A model generated the notes under the pieces. It was not told the origin of the DNA. It made no database searches and saw only the letters and a program-made list of their open reading frames with translations. DNA of 52,881 bases from the NCBI GenBank assembly GCA_042577285.1, contig JBHPDM010000004.1, positions 1 to 52,881 on the forward strand, written 5' to 3'. The translations under genes and the position numbers were made by a program. The stretch comes from Candidatus Omnitrophota bacterium (GTDB taxonomy: Bacteria > Omnitrophota > Gorgyraeia > Gygaellales > Profunditerraquicolaceae). Shown one piece after another: positions 37,737 through 47,422 of the stretch (position 1 is the stretch's first letter; each line of letters opens with the position of its first letter).

Positions 37737-38797
37737 CCGCTTATGCGCAGCTTATTCTCCAGATCCTTCAACACTTCTCTGATGTCGATCTTCCCCGGGC
37801 AGACCTCGATACATCTGCCGCAGCCGCAGCAGGCAGGTAACCCTAGATTATCTATAAAGAAATCGAATTTCTTCAAGAATCTGTTGCGCAGCCTCTGAGT
37901 CCGCGACTTTAGGGGATTTGCTCCGCCTGCTACCCGGGCAAAATTTGCGTACTGGCAGGAATCCCAGACCTTAAACCGCCCGTTCTTCTTGTCCTGCGAC
38001 TCATCCACCAACAAGAAACAATGACAGGTATCGCAGATCATATTGCAGCCGCCGCACTCTACGCAATCCGCCATAAACTTCTCCCAGGTATCCAGAGAAT
38101 ACCCCTGCCTGACCAGTCTCTGGACGGAATTCTTAGAGACCAGTCCCTGCGCATCGATATGCTGCTTGAGGCGTTCAAGGAACTTTTCTCTCTTTTCGCG
38201 GCGGGCTGAGATCTGCGCACCCCTGGCAGGCACAAAGTATTCCTCGTGCTTCTTTAAAAGCTCGCTACCTCTTTCTGAGCCGACCTCAACCAGATAACCG
38301 TCGTTTAAGGGGGTAAGATTTAAATCAAAATCCTCAACCGGCGATGGCTTGATATCCCAGGCAAGGCAGTGGCAGACTTCCCTGAATCCCGTACAATCGC
38401 CTGAGACGAGAATCGTATTCTCCCTCCTTGCGCGGTAGAAGGTATCCTCCTCGACGCCCTCTAAGAACACGAAATCCTGGATCTTGTGAGCCGCGAGGTC
38501 GCAATTCTTAAGCCCAAAGATGATCGTCTTATCCAGATCAACGACCCCTTTCTCTTTGACGTCAAAATACTCGGATACCTCTTCCTTAGGCAGCGTGAAG
38601 AAATTCTTCAGCGGTTCAGTGGCACGGTAGGGATTAAAGATGATGGAGTCATCCTCAGCCAGTTTCTTGTAAGAATAATCTTTCTCCCCGGCGGGATTCT
38701 CTTGGCGCAAGACTGGGGCGAAGACCCGGTAGGACTCTTTGAGCCAGCTGACTAACTCAGCGAACTGTTGTCTGTTAATATAGAAAGTCGTAGGCAT
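37733..38797 (-). CDS. AsrA/HydB-like 4Fe-4S subunit
   Basis: GLKNCD, CVECGGCNMICDTCHCF, WDSC, CCGCGRCIEVCP. Confidence 0.88.
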   Translation of the reverse strand: MPTTFYINRQQFAELVSWLKESYRVFAPVLRQENPAGEKDYSYKKLAEDDSIIFNPYRATEPLKNFFTLPKEEVSEYFDVKEKGVVDLDKTIIFGLKNCDLAAHKIQDFVFLEGVEEDTFYRARRENTILVSGDCTGFREVCHCLAWDIKPSPVEDFDLNLTPLNDGYLVEVGSERGSELLKKHEEYFVPARGAQISARREKREKFLERLKQHIDAQGLVSKNSVQRLVRQGYSLDTWEKFMADCVECGGCNMICDTCHCFLLVDESQDKKNGRFKVWDSCQYANFARVAGGANPLKSRTQRLRNRFLKKFDFFIDNLGLPACCGCGRCIEVCPGKIDIREVLKDLENKLRISG

Positions 38798-38838
38798 CTG
38801 GTTTTACTTTTAAAGAAAATCAATCTGGCGGGGAGTTA

Positions 38839-38860
38839 CTTTGTGAAAATAATCACAAAG
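38839..38860. promoter_or_regulatory. Palindromic operator (Rex- or CRP/FNR-type) upstream of the hydrogenase operon
   Basis: CTTTGTGA-AAATAA-TCACAAAG has perfect 8-bp arms. It matches TGTGA-N6-TCACA exactly and TTGTGAA-N4-TTCACAA with one mismatch. Confidence 0.7.
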
Positions 38861-38889
38861 ATGCCATAAAAAAAACAAATCGATAAGAT

Positions 38890-38918
38890 AAATTACTACG
38901 GATGCCTCTTATTGTCAA
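38890..38918 (-). promoter_or_regulatory. Candidate promoter of the hydrogenase operon
   Basis: TTGACA-N17-TAATTT. Confidence 0.5.
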
Positions 38919-38929
38919 GCAAAATTAAT

Positions 38930-39412
38930 CTAGTCTTCCTCAGGCTCCCCCTTAGGCTCAGCAGCGGGCCTTACCAGGCGCTCTTTAACCAAGGCGCTGA
39001 CTATTTTTCCATCTGCCTCGCCTGCGACCTTAGCATTTACCTCCTTCATCACCTTGCCCATATCCTTCAAATCTATTGCCCCGAGGGCAGTGATCACCTC
39101 TTCGATTATCTCTTTGATCTTTTCAGGCGGCAACTCCGCAGGAAGATATGCCTTTAGAATCTCAAGCTCCCTTGCCTCTTTATCTACCAGGTCCTGCCTG
39201 TTGCCCTTCTTAAACTGCTCGATAGAATCCTGGCGCGCCTTGACCTGTTTCCTGATCACCAAAACTACTTCTTTATCGTCAAGGCCCTTCTTTTTCTTGG
39301 CAGTGGCCACATTATTAAGTTCTGCGCGCAGAAAACTTAAGGCCGAACTCTTTAAGGCGTCCTTTGACTTCATCGCTTCCTTGTAATCACTAAAGATCTT
39401 CTCCTCGAGCAT
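38930..39412 (-). CDS. GatB/YqeY domain protein
   Basis: KEAMKSKD...RQDSIEQFKKGNRQDL...DMGKVMK pattern. Confidence 0.92.
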   Translation of the reverse strand: MLEEKIFSDYKEAMKSKDALKSSALSFLRAELNNVATAKKKKGLDDKEVVLVIRKQVKARQDSIEQFKKGNRQDLVDKEARELEILKAYLPAELPPEKIKEIIEEVITALGAIDLKDMGKVMKEVNAKVAGEADGKIVSALVKERLVRPAAEPKGEPEED

Positions 39413-39425
39413 GGCTACCTCCTCC

Positions 39426-40325
39426 TCAAAATGAAAAACAATTCTTAAATCGGTTAAGCCTCGCCTTTAAATCTTTGATTGTAAGCCGCGCAGTTCTCTC
39501 CACTCCGAATCCCTCGATATTAAAGGAGGCGGCGACTGTGCCAAGGGCAAGCGCCCTCTTAATACTTACTGCGGTTATGCTCTTGTCTTGACTTAAAGAA
39601 CCCATAAATCCTCCGGCAAATGTATCACCTGCTCCGGTGGGATCGATCACCTTAGCGATTGGAAATGCGGGCAGGGAAAGGATAAATCTGTCGCTGTAAA
39701 ACAGGACCCCGTGCTGGCCCTTCTTGACCAGGACCATCTTCGGCCCCAATGAGCGCAGGCGTTTTGCCGCCCTGACTAAATTGCTCTCTCCGGAGAGATC
39801 CCTTGCCTCCTGGTCATTGGCCACATAGATATCCACCTTCTTTAATATGCGCAGTAAAGCTTTTCTTTTGTGTTTTATCCAGTAATTCATGCTGTCCAGC
39901 GCAATAAGATCCGGCGAGCGCACCTGAGAGAGCAGATCGCGCTGGATGTCGGGATCGACATTGGCAAGAAACACATAATTTATATTCTTTTGCCTCTGGG
40001 TGATCTTCGGCTTAAAGGAGAGTAATACTCCCAGCTGGGTGCGCAAGGTAACAGCAGTATTCAAGTCCCCTGAATATTTACCCTCCCACCTGAAACTCTT
40101 ATCAGGCAACTGCATCAACGAACTCAAATCTATTCCCCTGCGGCGCAGAAGATCGATATGCCTTCGGGGAAAATCCTCTCCTACGGCGGCAACCAGATTT
40201 ACCTTGTTAAACAGGCGCGCCGCCATGGCAAAGTGGGCTGCCGAACCGCCCAGCATATCCTTACGCGCTCCCGCAGGTGTCCTTACCGTATCAAGCGCGA
40301 CTGTACCTAAAACTAATACACTCAT
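39426..40325 (-). CDS. PfkB-family carbohydrate/nucleoside kinase
   Basis: GGSAAHFAMAA and DPTGAGDTFAGG. Confidence 0.92.
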   Translation of the reverse strand: MSVLVLGTVALDTVRTPAGARKDMLGGSAAHFAMAARLFNKVNLVAAVGEDFPRRHIDLLRRRGIDLSSLMQLPDKSFRWEGKYSGDLNTAVTLRTQLGVLLSFKPKITQRQKNINYVFLANVDPDIQRDLLSQVRSPDLIALDSMNYWIKHKRKALLRILKKVDIYVANDQEARDLSGESNLVRAAKRLRSLGPKMVLVKKGQHGVLFYSDRFILSLPAFPIAKVIDPTGAGDTFAGGFMGSLSQDKSITAVSIKRALALGTVAASFNIEGFGVERTARLTIKDLKARLNRFKNCFSF

Positions 40326-41056
40326 CTAATAAATAATAATGTGATTATTGCGATAAAAAAACAATAATATCCAAAGAGATACAGCTTCCCGTTTTTTATG
40401 ACTGTTTTTAACATCCGAAGCGCGATCAACCCGGTAAGGAAACTAAATACCAGGCCGACGGATAAATCTATATTCCAGATCAGGCTTATCTTTCTAGTCT
40501 CAAGCAGGACCGCCCCTAAGACAGCCGGGATCGAGGCCAGGAACGATAACCTGAATGCAGCATCTCTATTTAGTTTTCGAAATAATAGGGCGCAGATCGT
40601 GATGCCGGAGCGAGAGATCCCGGGAATAATCGCAACACCCTGGGCGATCCCTAAAATAAAAGAATCCCCGCTCCTGGGAGAATCTTTACGCTGGTCCATG
40701 AATCTACGGGATAGTAAAAGGATCGCTCCTGTAAAAACTAATGCGGCGCTGACCAGGATAGGAGAACTGAACAGGCTTTCAAAGAAATCCTTGCCGGCAA
40801 TTGCGATCGCTCCGGTGATCAAGCTGACGATGAAGATAAACTTAAGCAGCTTTAAACTGCGCATTGCCAGCAATATATCCTTAAAGAAGAATATCACCAG
40901 AGCCAAGACCGTACCTAAATGTAGGATAACCACGGTCTCTACCTCCTGTCCATTCATACCAAAAATCCTCTGCAGGATCACCAGGTGTCCGGAGCTGCTT
41001 ACAGGAAGAAATTCAGTCAGGCCCTGGACTATACCTAATACTGCTGACTTCAACAT
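40322..41056 (-). CDS. uppP: Undecaprenyl-diphosphate phosphatase
   Basis: GIVQGLTEFLPVSSSGHL and PGISRSG. Confidence 0.95.
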   Translation of the reverse strand: MLKSAVLGIVQGLTEFLPVSSSGHLVILQRIFGMNGQEVETVVILHLGTVLALVIFFFKDILLAMRSLKLLKFIFIVSLITGAIAIAGKDFFESLFSSPILVSAALVFTGAILLLSRRFMDQRKDSPRSGDSFILGIAQGVAIIPGISRSGITICALLFRKLNRDAAFRLSFLASIPAVLGAVLLETRKISLIWNIDLSVGLVFSFLTGLIALRMLKTVIKNGKLYLFGYYCFFIAIITLLFIR

Positions 41057-43671
41057 GAAAGCTTTAAGACCTCCTCCCTGATAGCATTAGCGATCGCCTG
41101 GTAATCATCCAATACGCCCCTCTTGCTGCCTGCCTTGATCAGATCCCTGGCGCTCATGGGGCTGCCGAAAGTAACCCTTAAAGGATACGGCCGGGGCAGA
41201 CGCTCTGTTCTCGGCCAGGAGCAATGTGAGCCTTTGATATATGCTGGGATCACCGGAACATCCAGCTCCTTGACCAAAATACCGATTCCTTTTTTAAATT
41301 CTGCTACCTTTTCATCGACTGCACGGCGGCCTTCGGGGAATATGCAGATGATTTTATTATTACGCAGGACCAGGGCAGCTGCCTGCATCGCCTCGCAGAG
41401 TTGGGAACTGGAATCTATGGAGATCAACCTTGCAATTTTAGCTGACCAGCTGACTGAGGGGTGCTCAAAGATCTGGCTATAAACCAAAAAGAATGTCTTT
41501 TGCGCAACGCCTAAAGGGATCCCGCAAAAGAGCACGAATGGATCAAGATAGCTGGCGTGATTTGCGCAGATGATATAGGGGCCGTCTGCCGGCAGAGGGT
41601 TCTTCATCTTTATGCGTAAAAACCAGAAGATCTTAAAAATGATCATAAAGAAAACTTTAAACAGCCCGTTAAAGAGCTTATCCGCAAACCCTATGCGCAG
41701 CCTGATCTTCCTTTCCAAGAGCTCATCAGGAAGAGCCTGCCTGATAATCTTCCCCCAATCCTTCTCTCTGCCTGCATAGGGCACGGCAGCTCCGGCCTTG
41801 ATGATCCCGGAAACGATCAGTAATACCTCTCTTACCGTCGATGCCTCGGATAACGAGCCGTCGGGTATAGTTATCCCCAATTTTCTCTCAAGCCCTAAGA
41901 ATAACTCGACCTTGCCCAATGAATCTATGCCCAGATCGATCTCCAGATGGCTATCCGGGTTGACCGGTTTCTTTAACTCTTTGCTGATAAAACCGATCAG
42001 ATTATCGGCGAGCGCCTGGTCTACGCCCGGCAGGTTTCTCTCAGCGGGTGGCTCTTTCGTTACTTCAGGATCAGGCAGGCTCTGGCTAAAGTAAAGTTCA
42101 CGCACCTGGTACCTCTTGATCTTATTAAGCGCGGTGCGCGGAAGATCCTCCTTTACGACCTTAAAACCCATAATATGATTGTAGGAGGCCAACTCCTTGC
42201 CCAGATTCTCCAGCTCCCAGCGGATCTTCTCACCTATGCCTATGCCGGTTTCTTTAGTCTTACGCAAATATTCCAGATCCGGAACCACCACCGCGGCGAG
42301 TTTCTCATCTTTAGATAAAACGCAGATCTCTTTGATATAGGGGCTCTGCAGATAATGCTCCTCCAGCTCTTGGGGATAAATATTCTTACCCGAAGCCAGG
42401 ACGATGACCTCTTTCTCTCTGCCGACGAGAAATAGATAACCCTCCTTGTCAAGATAGCCTGAATCCCCGGAGTAAAACCATCCATCCCTTATCGCCTCGC
42501 GCGTTAAGTCCGGCCGCTTGAAATATCCCTGCATTACATTGGGCCCCTTGATCAAGACCTGACCCACGCCCGAGTCATTGGGATTGAGTATCTTTATCTT
42601 GACACCCGGTAAAGGCCTCCCTACTGATCCGGGCTTCACTTTTTGATGAGAATTAAGCGTTGCTATCGGGCTGGTCTCGGTCAAGCCGTAACCTTCGATC
42701 ATTCTGAAACCCAGCCTTGATAATCCCCGCACTACCGCCGGATCGATCCTTGCTCCGCCGCTGACCAAGAGCCTCAAGTCATTGCCCAGGCGCTTGCGCA
42801 GGCTTGACTTTACAAATGGTAAAGCAAACGGCCTAAAAAAGAATGGGATCTTGCTTATCTTATCGGCTATTGATTTATAAAGAAGCGAAAAGAGCTGCGG
42901 CACGCCCATCAGGACCGAGACCCTCCCCTCTTTTATCGTCTCGATCATATCCTTGGATTTAAGGCTGGGGCAATAGGTGACCTTAGCACCCAACAAAAGC
43001 GGGACCAGCAGCGTGCCCATAAAGGCATAAGTATGATGCAGGGGTAAAAGCGAGATCAGGTTGTCTGAAGAAGAACAGACATCTAATTGCGTGATCGCCG
43101 CAAAGTTAGAACAGAAGTTCCGGTGCGTCAAGATCACGCCCTTGGGATTTGAGGTCGTGCCTGATGTATAGACAAGCGAAGCAATATCCTGCGGCAGAAC
43201 CTGGGGCAGGTCGAGCTTTCCCTGGCCAGCGCTCTTGCTCTTTAAAAAGGAGGCATCGACTGCAACGCACTCAAGATGCAACTCATCGGCTATCCCCCTT
43301 AACTCTTCAGAGAGGATCTGCCGGGAGGAGAATATCACCTTTGCCGAACTGTCACTAAGTAAGTTCTTTAGGGCCTTGCAGCTTAATTGAATATCCAGCG
43401 GCACGCAGGCCAATCCGGCGTAGCTGATCCCCAGGTAGATAACCGCCCACTCAGGAGAATTCTCCAAGAGCAGCGCGACAAAATCACCCTTCTTCAGGCC
43501 CTCTGCAAGCAGGAAGCCAGCCACCCTGATAGCGCCAGCCTTAACCTCTTCATAAGTCAAGGCCTGCCAAAGACCCTCTCTCTTGATCTGCAGGGCTATC
43601 CCTTTAGGATTACCCGAAGAGGCCCGGTCGAACAACTCCGGGATGACTAGTGCGCCTTCTCGCTTAGGCAT
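41050..43671 (-). CDS. Trifunctional acyl-AMP ligase + ACP + PlsC-type acyltransferase (Aas-like)
   Basis: YTSGTTSNPKG, GYGLTETSP, ACP serine motif LGIDSLG, NHASYLD and FPEGRR; the start is probably MPKRE at 43671. Confidence 0.88.
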   Translation of the reverse strand: MPKREGALVIPELFDRASSGNPKGIALQIKREGLWQALTYEEVKAGAIRVAGFLLAEGLKKGDFVALLLENSPEWAVIYLGISYAGLACVPLDIQLSCKALKNLLSDSSAKVIFSSRQILSEELRGIADELHLECVAVDASFLKSKSAGQGKLDLPQVLPQDIASLVYTSGTTSNPKGVILTHRNFCSNFAAITQLDVCSSSDNLISLLPLHHTYAFMGTLLVPLLLGAKVTYCPSLKSKDMIETIKEGRVSVLMGVPQLFSLLYKSIADKISKIPFFFRPFALPFVKSSLRKRLGNDLRLLVSGGARIDPAVVRGLSRLGFRMIEGYGLTETSPIATLNSHQKVKPGSVGRPLPGVKIKILNPNDSGVGQVLIKGPNVMQGYFKRPDLTREAIRDGWFYSGDSGYLDKEGYLFLVGREKEVIVLASGKNIYPQELEEHYLQSPYIKEICVLSKDEKLAAVVVPDLEYLRKTKETGIGIGEKIRWELENLGKELASYNHIMGFKVVKEDLPRTALNKIKRYQVRELYFSQSLPDPEVTKEPPAERNLPGVDQALADNLIGFISKELKKPVNPDSHLEIDLGIDSLGKVELFLGLERKLGITIPDGSLSEASTVREVLLIVSGIIKAGAAVPYAGREKDWGKIIRQALPDELLERKIRLRIGFADKLFNGLFKVFFMIIFKIFWFLRIKMKNPLPADGPYIICANHASYLDPFVLFCGIPLGVAQKTFFLVYSQIFEHPSVSWSAKIARLISIDSSSQLCEAMQAAALVLRNNKIICIFPEGRRAVDEKVAEFKKGIGILVKELDVPVIPAYIKGSHCSWPRTERLPRPYPLRVTFGSPMSARDLIKAGSKRGVLDDYQAIANAIREEVLKLSC

Positions 43672-44923
43672 ATTTATTGACTTTGTTATTTTTTGGAATA
43701 CGTAAAAGAAATATAAGCCCCACGACCACAAATAGTGCTAAACTTCCTAATGCCAGGCGGTACCCCAGGACCCCTAAAGGAGAAAGAAACAAAAGAACTA
43801 TCCCCCAAAACATAGATCCGATTATAGCTGCAAGATAACCCACAAGGCTGAATAAACCAAAGACCTTTGCGATCTCTGCTTCAGGAACAAGCTTTATTGC
43901 CAGCGCCCTTGTCACCACCCAGGTGGAACCCAGGGAGAATCCTGCTAATGCCCCCACGGCCCAATAGAGCCGGGGATCCCTGACCAGGGCGCCCCCCAGA
44001 AGACAGATTATCCAGAGGATGTAAACCGCAGCCAGGCTCTGCTTGTGCCCGACGTAGTCGCTGATGAAGCCGGATGAGATACTGCCGATTATGGCAAAGA
44101 GGGTCGAGAATGCGATCAGGTTGATCACCTCTGATTCACCCATCCCGAATGCGCGGGTTGCATATATAGACATAAAGAGTATGATCACATTTACCGCACA
44201 AAGGCCGAAGAAGGCCGCCCTTAAGAAGTCGGCAAGGCCGGGGAAGCGCCGCGCATCCAGGGCCATCGCCCTTAGATCAGCAAAGACCTGACGCACCTTA
44301 GCCCTGCTTAAGAAAGACCTCAAAGATACATTCGCCTTGACAAACCTGTCCTTGACAAAAATCAGGCAGGGCAGGGAGAAGAGTAGGAAAAGGATCCCGG
44401 TTGGCAGGAACGTCGCCTTATAGCCGCTCCTTAAGACCACTGGTTTGATAAAATACAGCGCCAGGACCGCTCCGATATAACCGAACATCTTTCCTAACCC
44501 CGATACAAGGCCGATCCTGGCCCTTGGCGCTATTCCGGTCATCAGCGCATTGTAAAATACGATCGCTGTCTGGCAGCCGAAGTTAGCGATCACAAAAAAT
44601 ATCAATCCCAATAAAATGCTGTTTCCAAGCCCTAAGAGCATAGTAAAGAACACCGCGATCAGCGTAAGGTAGATCAGGAAGGGGCGGCGCCTGCCGTTAA
44701 TATCCGAAAGAGCACCTAAAACCGGGGAAGAGGCAGCAATCAGAAAAGTGGAGATACCGTATGCGACGCTATAGAGGATCTCCGGCTGACCCATCTCCAG
44801 CGTCAACCAGCGGACAAAATATAAAGAGACGACGTTTAAAGCAAAAAACTGGTTAGCCAGATCATACAGCGACCAGGAGAGTATCAGGGAAGGCTTTCTT
44901 AAACTCTCCTTATTCAGTCTCAC
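43664..44923 (-). CDS. MFS transporter, Atg22/UMF1-like
   Basis: SWSLYDLANQFF and PVLGALSD; about 12 TMs. Confidence 0.85.
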   Translation of the reverse strand: MRLNKESLRKPSLILSWSLYDLANQFFALNVVSLYFVRWLTLEMGQPEILYSVAYGISTFLIAASSPVLGALSDINGRRRPFLIYLTLIAVFFTMLLGLGNSILLGLIFFVIANFGCQTAIVFYNALMTGIAPRARIGLVSGLGKMFGYIGAVLALYFIKPVVLRSGYKATFLPTGILFLLFSLPCLIFVKDRFVKANVSLRSFLSRAKVRQVFADLRAMALDARRFPGLADFLRAAFFGLCAVNVIILFMSIYATRAFGMGESEVINLIAFSTLFAIIGSISSGFISDYVGHKQSLAAVYILWIICLLGGALVRDPRLYWAVGALAGFSLGSTWVVTRALAIKLVPEAEIAKVFGLFSLVGYLAAIIGSMFWGIVLLFLSPLGVLGYRLALGSLALFVVVGLIFLLRIPKNNKVNKYA

Positions 44924-46749
44924 TTTGGACCTTTCTTAAAAATATGATCAAGCGCAAGATCCGCCAGATCGACATCCCAGTTGTGCGCCAGAAGCTGGCC
45001 CCTGATCTCCTCAGGACTCAAGCCCTCTGAACTTTTGACAGATATAAAGGCCTCGAGAACACCCAGATTGTACTTCTGTATCGGATCCAGCAGCTTCCCC
45101 ACTTCCCTCTCCCGCTCATCTTTATTGGCAAAATAAGCGAAGAGAGCGTAAACAAGGGGTATGGCTAAAACCACGACCGAGCCGATAAATAGATGCGGCT
45201 GGCTGCGCCCCAGGATATAGGCTGCAGTCCCCCAGAATACGTCAAAGAGGTAGTGCGCCACAAGTACCGCGATCAGGCCGTAGCGCAAAAATAAGAAACT
45301 GAATATTATCCCCAGAATACTCACCTCCAGCGCCCTGAACCAGACGGGAAAGATTGCGTATTCAGAATGCCCCAGCCCCCAGACTACAGAGATCAATACC
45401 ACTGCGATCAGCGTATTCTTTAAATATCTCTTGGCAAGGCTCAGGCCAAAGAGCCTAAACATCACCTCTTCGCTTAAAGCAGCCCTTGAGCCGATGATGA
45501 ATGCGCCCAAAAAGGGAAGATATGCTGAAGAGTACCTGGTAAGTTTGATCCATTCCGTCCAGACGCCCAGGTGCTTCTGTCCGAGATGAAACATCACCGC
45601 CTGTACACCTAAGAGTATAATGAAGATCAGGTATCCTAAGGCTATAGAGTGCGCCAGGCTGCGGCCAAGGAAAGTCGATTTAATATAACTTAAAAATGAA
45701 GCGCTCCTCTTGCTGTCAAAGACCTCATTGTGCAGTGATTCACCGGCGATACCGGGCAACATGAAGGTCACGCTTAAAAATATGATATTGATCAAGAGCT
45801 TTGTAAAGTAAACGCCGATGAAGGAGGCCCGGGTGGCGCTGGTGGGATAACTGATGATCAGTTCCTGGAAGTTGTTGAAGATATACACTAAGGCCATCGC
45901 CGCCAAAAAACTGCCAAAATAAATATAGTATTTCTTGGAGAGCCTCACTGCCAGGGCATATCTTCTCTTGACCACTATAGTTATGGCGCACATCAACAGG
46001 AATATAAAGGAGAGGAATGAGAAACTTGAGAGATACTCCCCGAAGATCAACTGTCTTTCTATATAACGGTGAAACTTCTCCGGAATATCTAAATTTCCCT
46101 GATAGAACTCTCTGACCTCATCCCCTGATACGGTCGCACCGACCAAAAGCTTGGCTCCCCCCTGATCCTCGCCCCAGGGGATGTATACGCCGTTCTTCTC
46201 CCAGGAGAAAGCATAGTCGACCCTCTTCTCAAAACGCTTCTCCTTTTCTTCGTGCAGGGTGTAATCCGCCATATCCAGGCCAAACTTGAGTTTTAAAAAC
46301 TCTGCTCCCCTGGCTCTGGCCGCAGCCTTACCGGGAGATCTTCTTGGTTCAATATCCTCGATAAAATGCCTGAATCCGATCACCCTGCCGGATTTGGAGC
46401 TTACATCTACGAAATATTCCTCCTTCTGAAGCTCCTTAAAGAACCTGATCCGCCAGGCAAAGAGTTCGTAATCATGCTTCCTGACGAACTCTTCTTCGGC
46501 ATCTGAGCCGAGTGTCTTTTGCAGATACCTGTCAGCCCAATTATCACTGACAAAGACCATCGCTTTAGAATACCCCGCGGCATCAACGCCCAGAGAATCA
46601 AGATACCCCCCTGCGATACTTTGTGCCTCAGCCCTATTTACGCTTAAGTCTACAAAGGCAAAGCGCGAATAACCCAACCTTAACCAAAGGGCAAAGCAAA
46701 AGAGCGCGATCAGGAAAAATACTACCCATTCTTTTAAAGAAAGTCTCAT
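44920..46749 (-). CDS. CPBP (CAAX/Abi) intramembrane metalloprotease with a large extracytoplasmic domain
   Basis: EEVMFRL, WGLGH and AHYLFD motifs. Confidence 0.82.
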   Translation of the reverse strand: MRLSLKEWVVFFLIALFCFALWLRLGYSRFAFVDLSVNRAEAQSIAGGYLDSLGVDAAGYSKAMVFVSDNWADRYLQKTLGSDAEEEFVRKHDYELFAWRIRFFKELQKEEYFVDVSSKSGRVIGFRHFIEDIEPRRSPGKAAARARGAEFLKLKFGLDMADYTLHEEKEKRFEKRVDYAFSWEKNGVYIPWGEDQGGAKLLVGATVSGDEVREFYQGNLDIPEKFHRYIERQLIFGEYLSSFSFLSFIFLLMCAITIVVKRRYALAVRLSKKYYIYFGSFLAAMALVYIFNNFQELIISYPTSATRASFIGVYFTKLLINIIFLSVTFMLPGIAGESLHNEVFDSKRSASFLSYIKSTFLGRSLAHSIALGYLIFIILLGVQAVMFHLGQKHLGVWTEWIKLTRYSSAYLPFLGAFIIGSRAALSEEVMFRLFGLSLAKRYLKNTLIAVVLISVVWGLGHSEYAIFPVWFRALEVSILGIIFSFLFLRYGLIAVLVAHYLFDVFWGTAAYILGRSQPHLFIGSVVVLAIPLVYALFAYFANKDEREREVGKLLDPIQKYNLGVLEAFISVKSSEGLSPEEIRGQLLAHNWDVDLADLALDHIFKKGPK

Positions 46750-46750
46750 C

Positions 46751-47422
46751 TTACCTTCTGTTTTTCTTCAAAAAACTCTCCATATCACTTGGTAATTTAG
46801 AATCTATCTTCAGGTGCTCGCCGGTAACTGGGTGCGGAAACTCAAGAACCTTTGCGTGTAGGCAGGTCCTTTTGGCTTTAAGCCTGAAGTCCCTGCGGAA
46901 GGCAAACCTCGACTCTCCTACCAGCGGGTGTCCGATCCCCTTAAAGTGTATCCTGATCTGATTCTTGCGCCCGCTAAGGCAAGAAACCTCTACTACGTCA
47001 AAATCATTCGCCTTCTCGATCACCCTGTAATCGGTAATAGCGTTTTTTCCGTTAACCGGGCGCTTGATAGATCCCCGGGGATGACGCAGATTCTTCTGCA
47101 CAAAGGCCAAATAGGTCTTCTTTACCTGCCTCTCCCTAAAAAGGTCCATGACCTTCTTCTGAAGAGACTTTCCTTTAGCATAAATGATCAACCCGGAGGT
47201 CTCTCTATCCAGGCGGTGGCACGGATGAAAATTGTAAGCAAGGCCCGCCTGCTTCACGTAGGCATTCAGGATCCCGGTCAAGGTGCGCGACTTATCATCC
47301 GGAGCCGGTATTGTCAATAGGCCCGGCGGTTTATCCACAACCGCCAGCCATCGGTCCTCAAAAGCCACAGGGATATTACTTATTTTATCTGTGAGGTCTC
47401 TGTCCATTTGCAGAAACTGCAA
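46751..47422 (-). CDS. RluA-family pseudouridine synthase
   Basis: DKPPGL, HRLDRETSG, GRKNQIRIH, GHPLVG; the start may be 47407. Confidence 0.92.
   Translation of the reverse strand: MQFLQMDRDLTDKISNIPVAFEDRWLAVVDKPPGLLTIPAPDDKSRTLTGILNAYVKQAGLAYNFHPCHRLDRETSGLIIYAKGKSLQKKVMDLFRERQVKKTYLAFVQKNLRHPRGSIKRPVNGKNAITDYRVIEKANDFDVVEVSCLSGRKNQIRIHFKGIGHPLVGESRFAFRRDFRLKAKRTCLHAKVLEFPHPVTGEHLKIDSKLPSDMESFLKKNRR

Noticed and set aside
27227-38797. Selenocysteine or stop-codon reassignment in hydrogenase genes
   Set aside because: All catalytic positions are Cys, and TGA serves as a normal stop at many gene overlaps.
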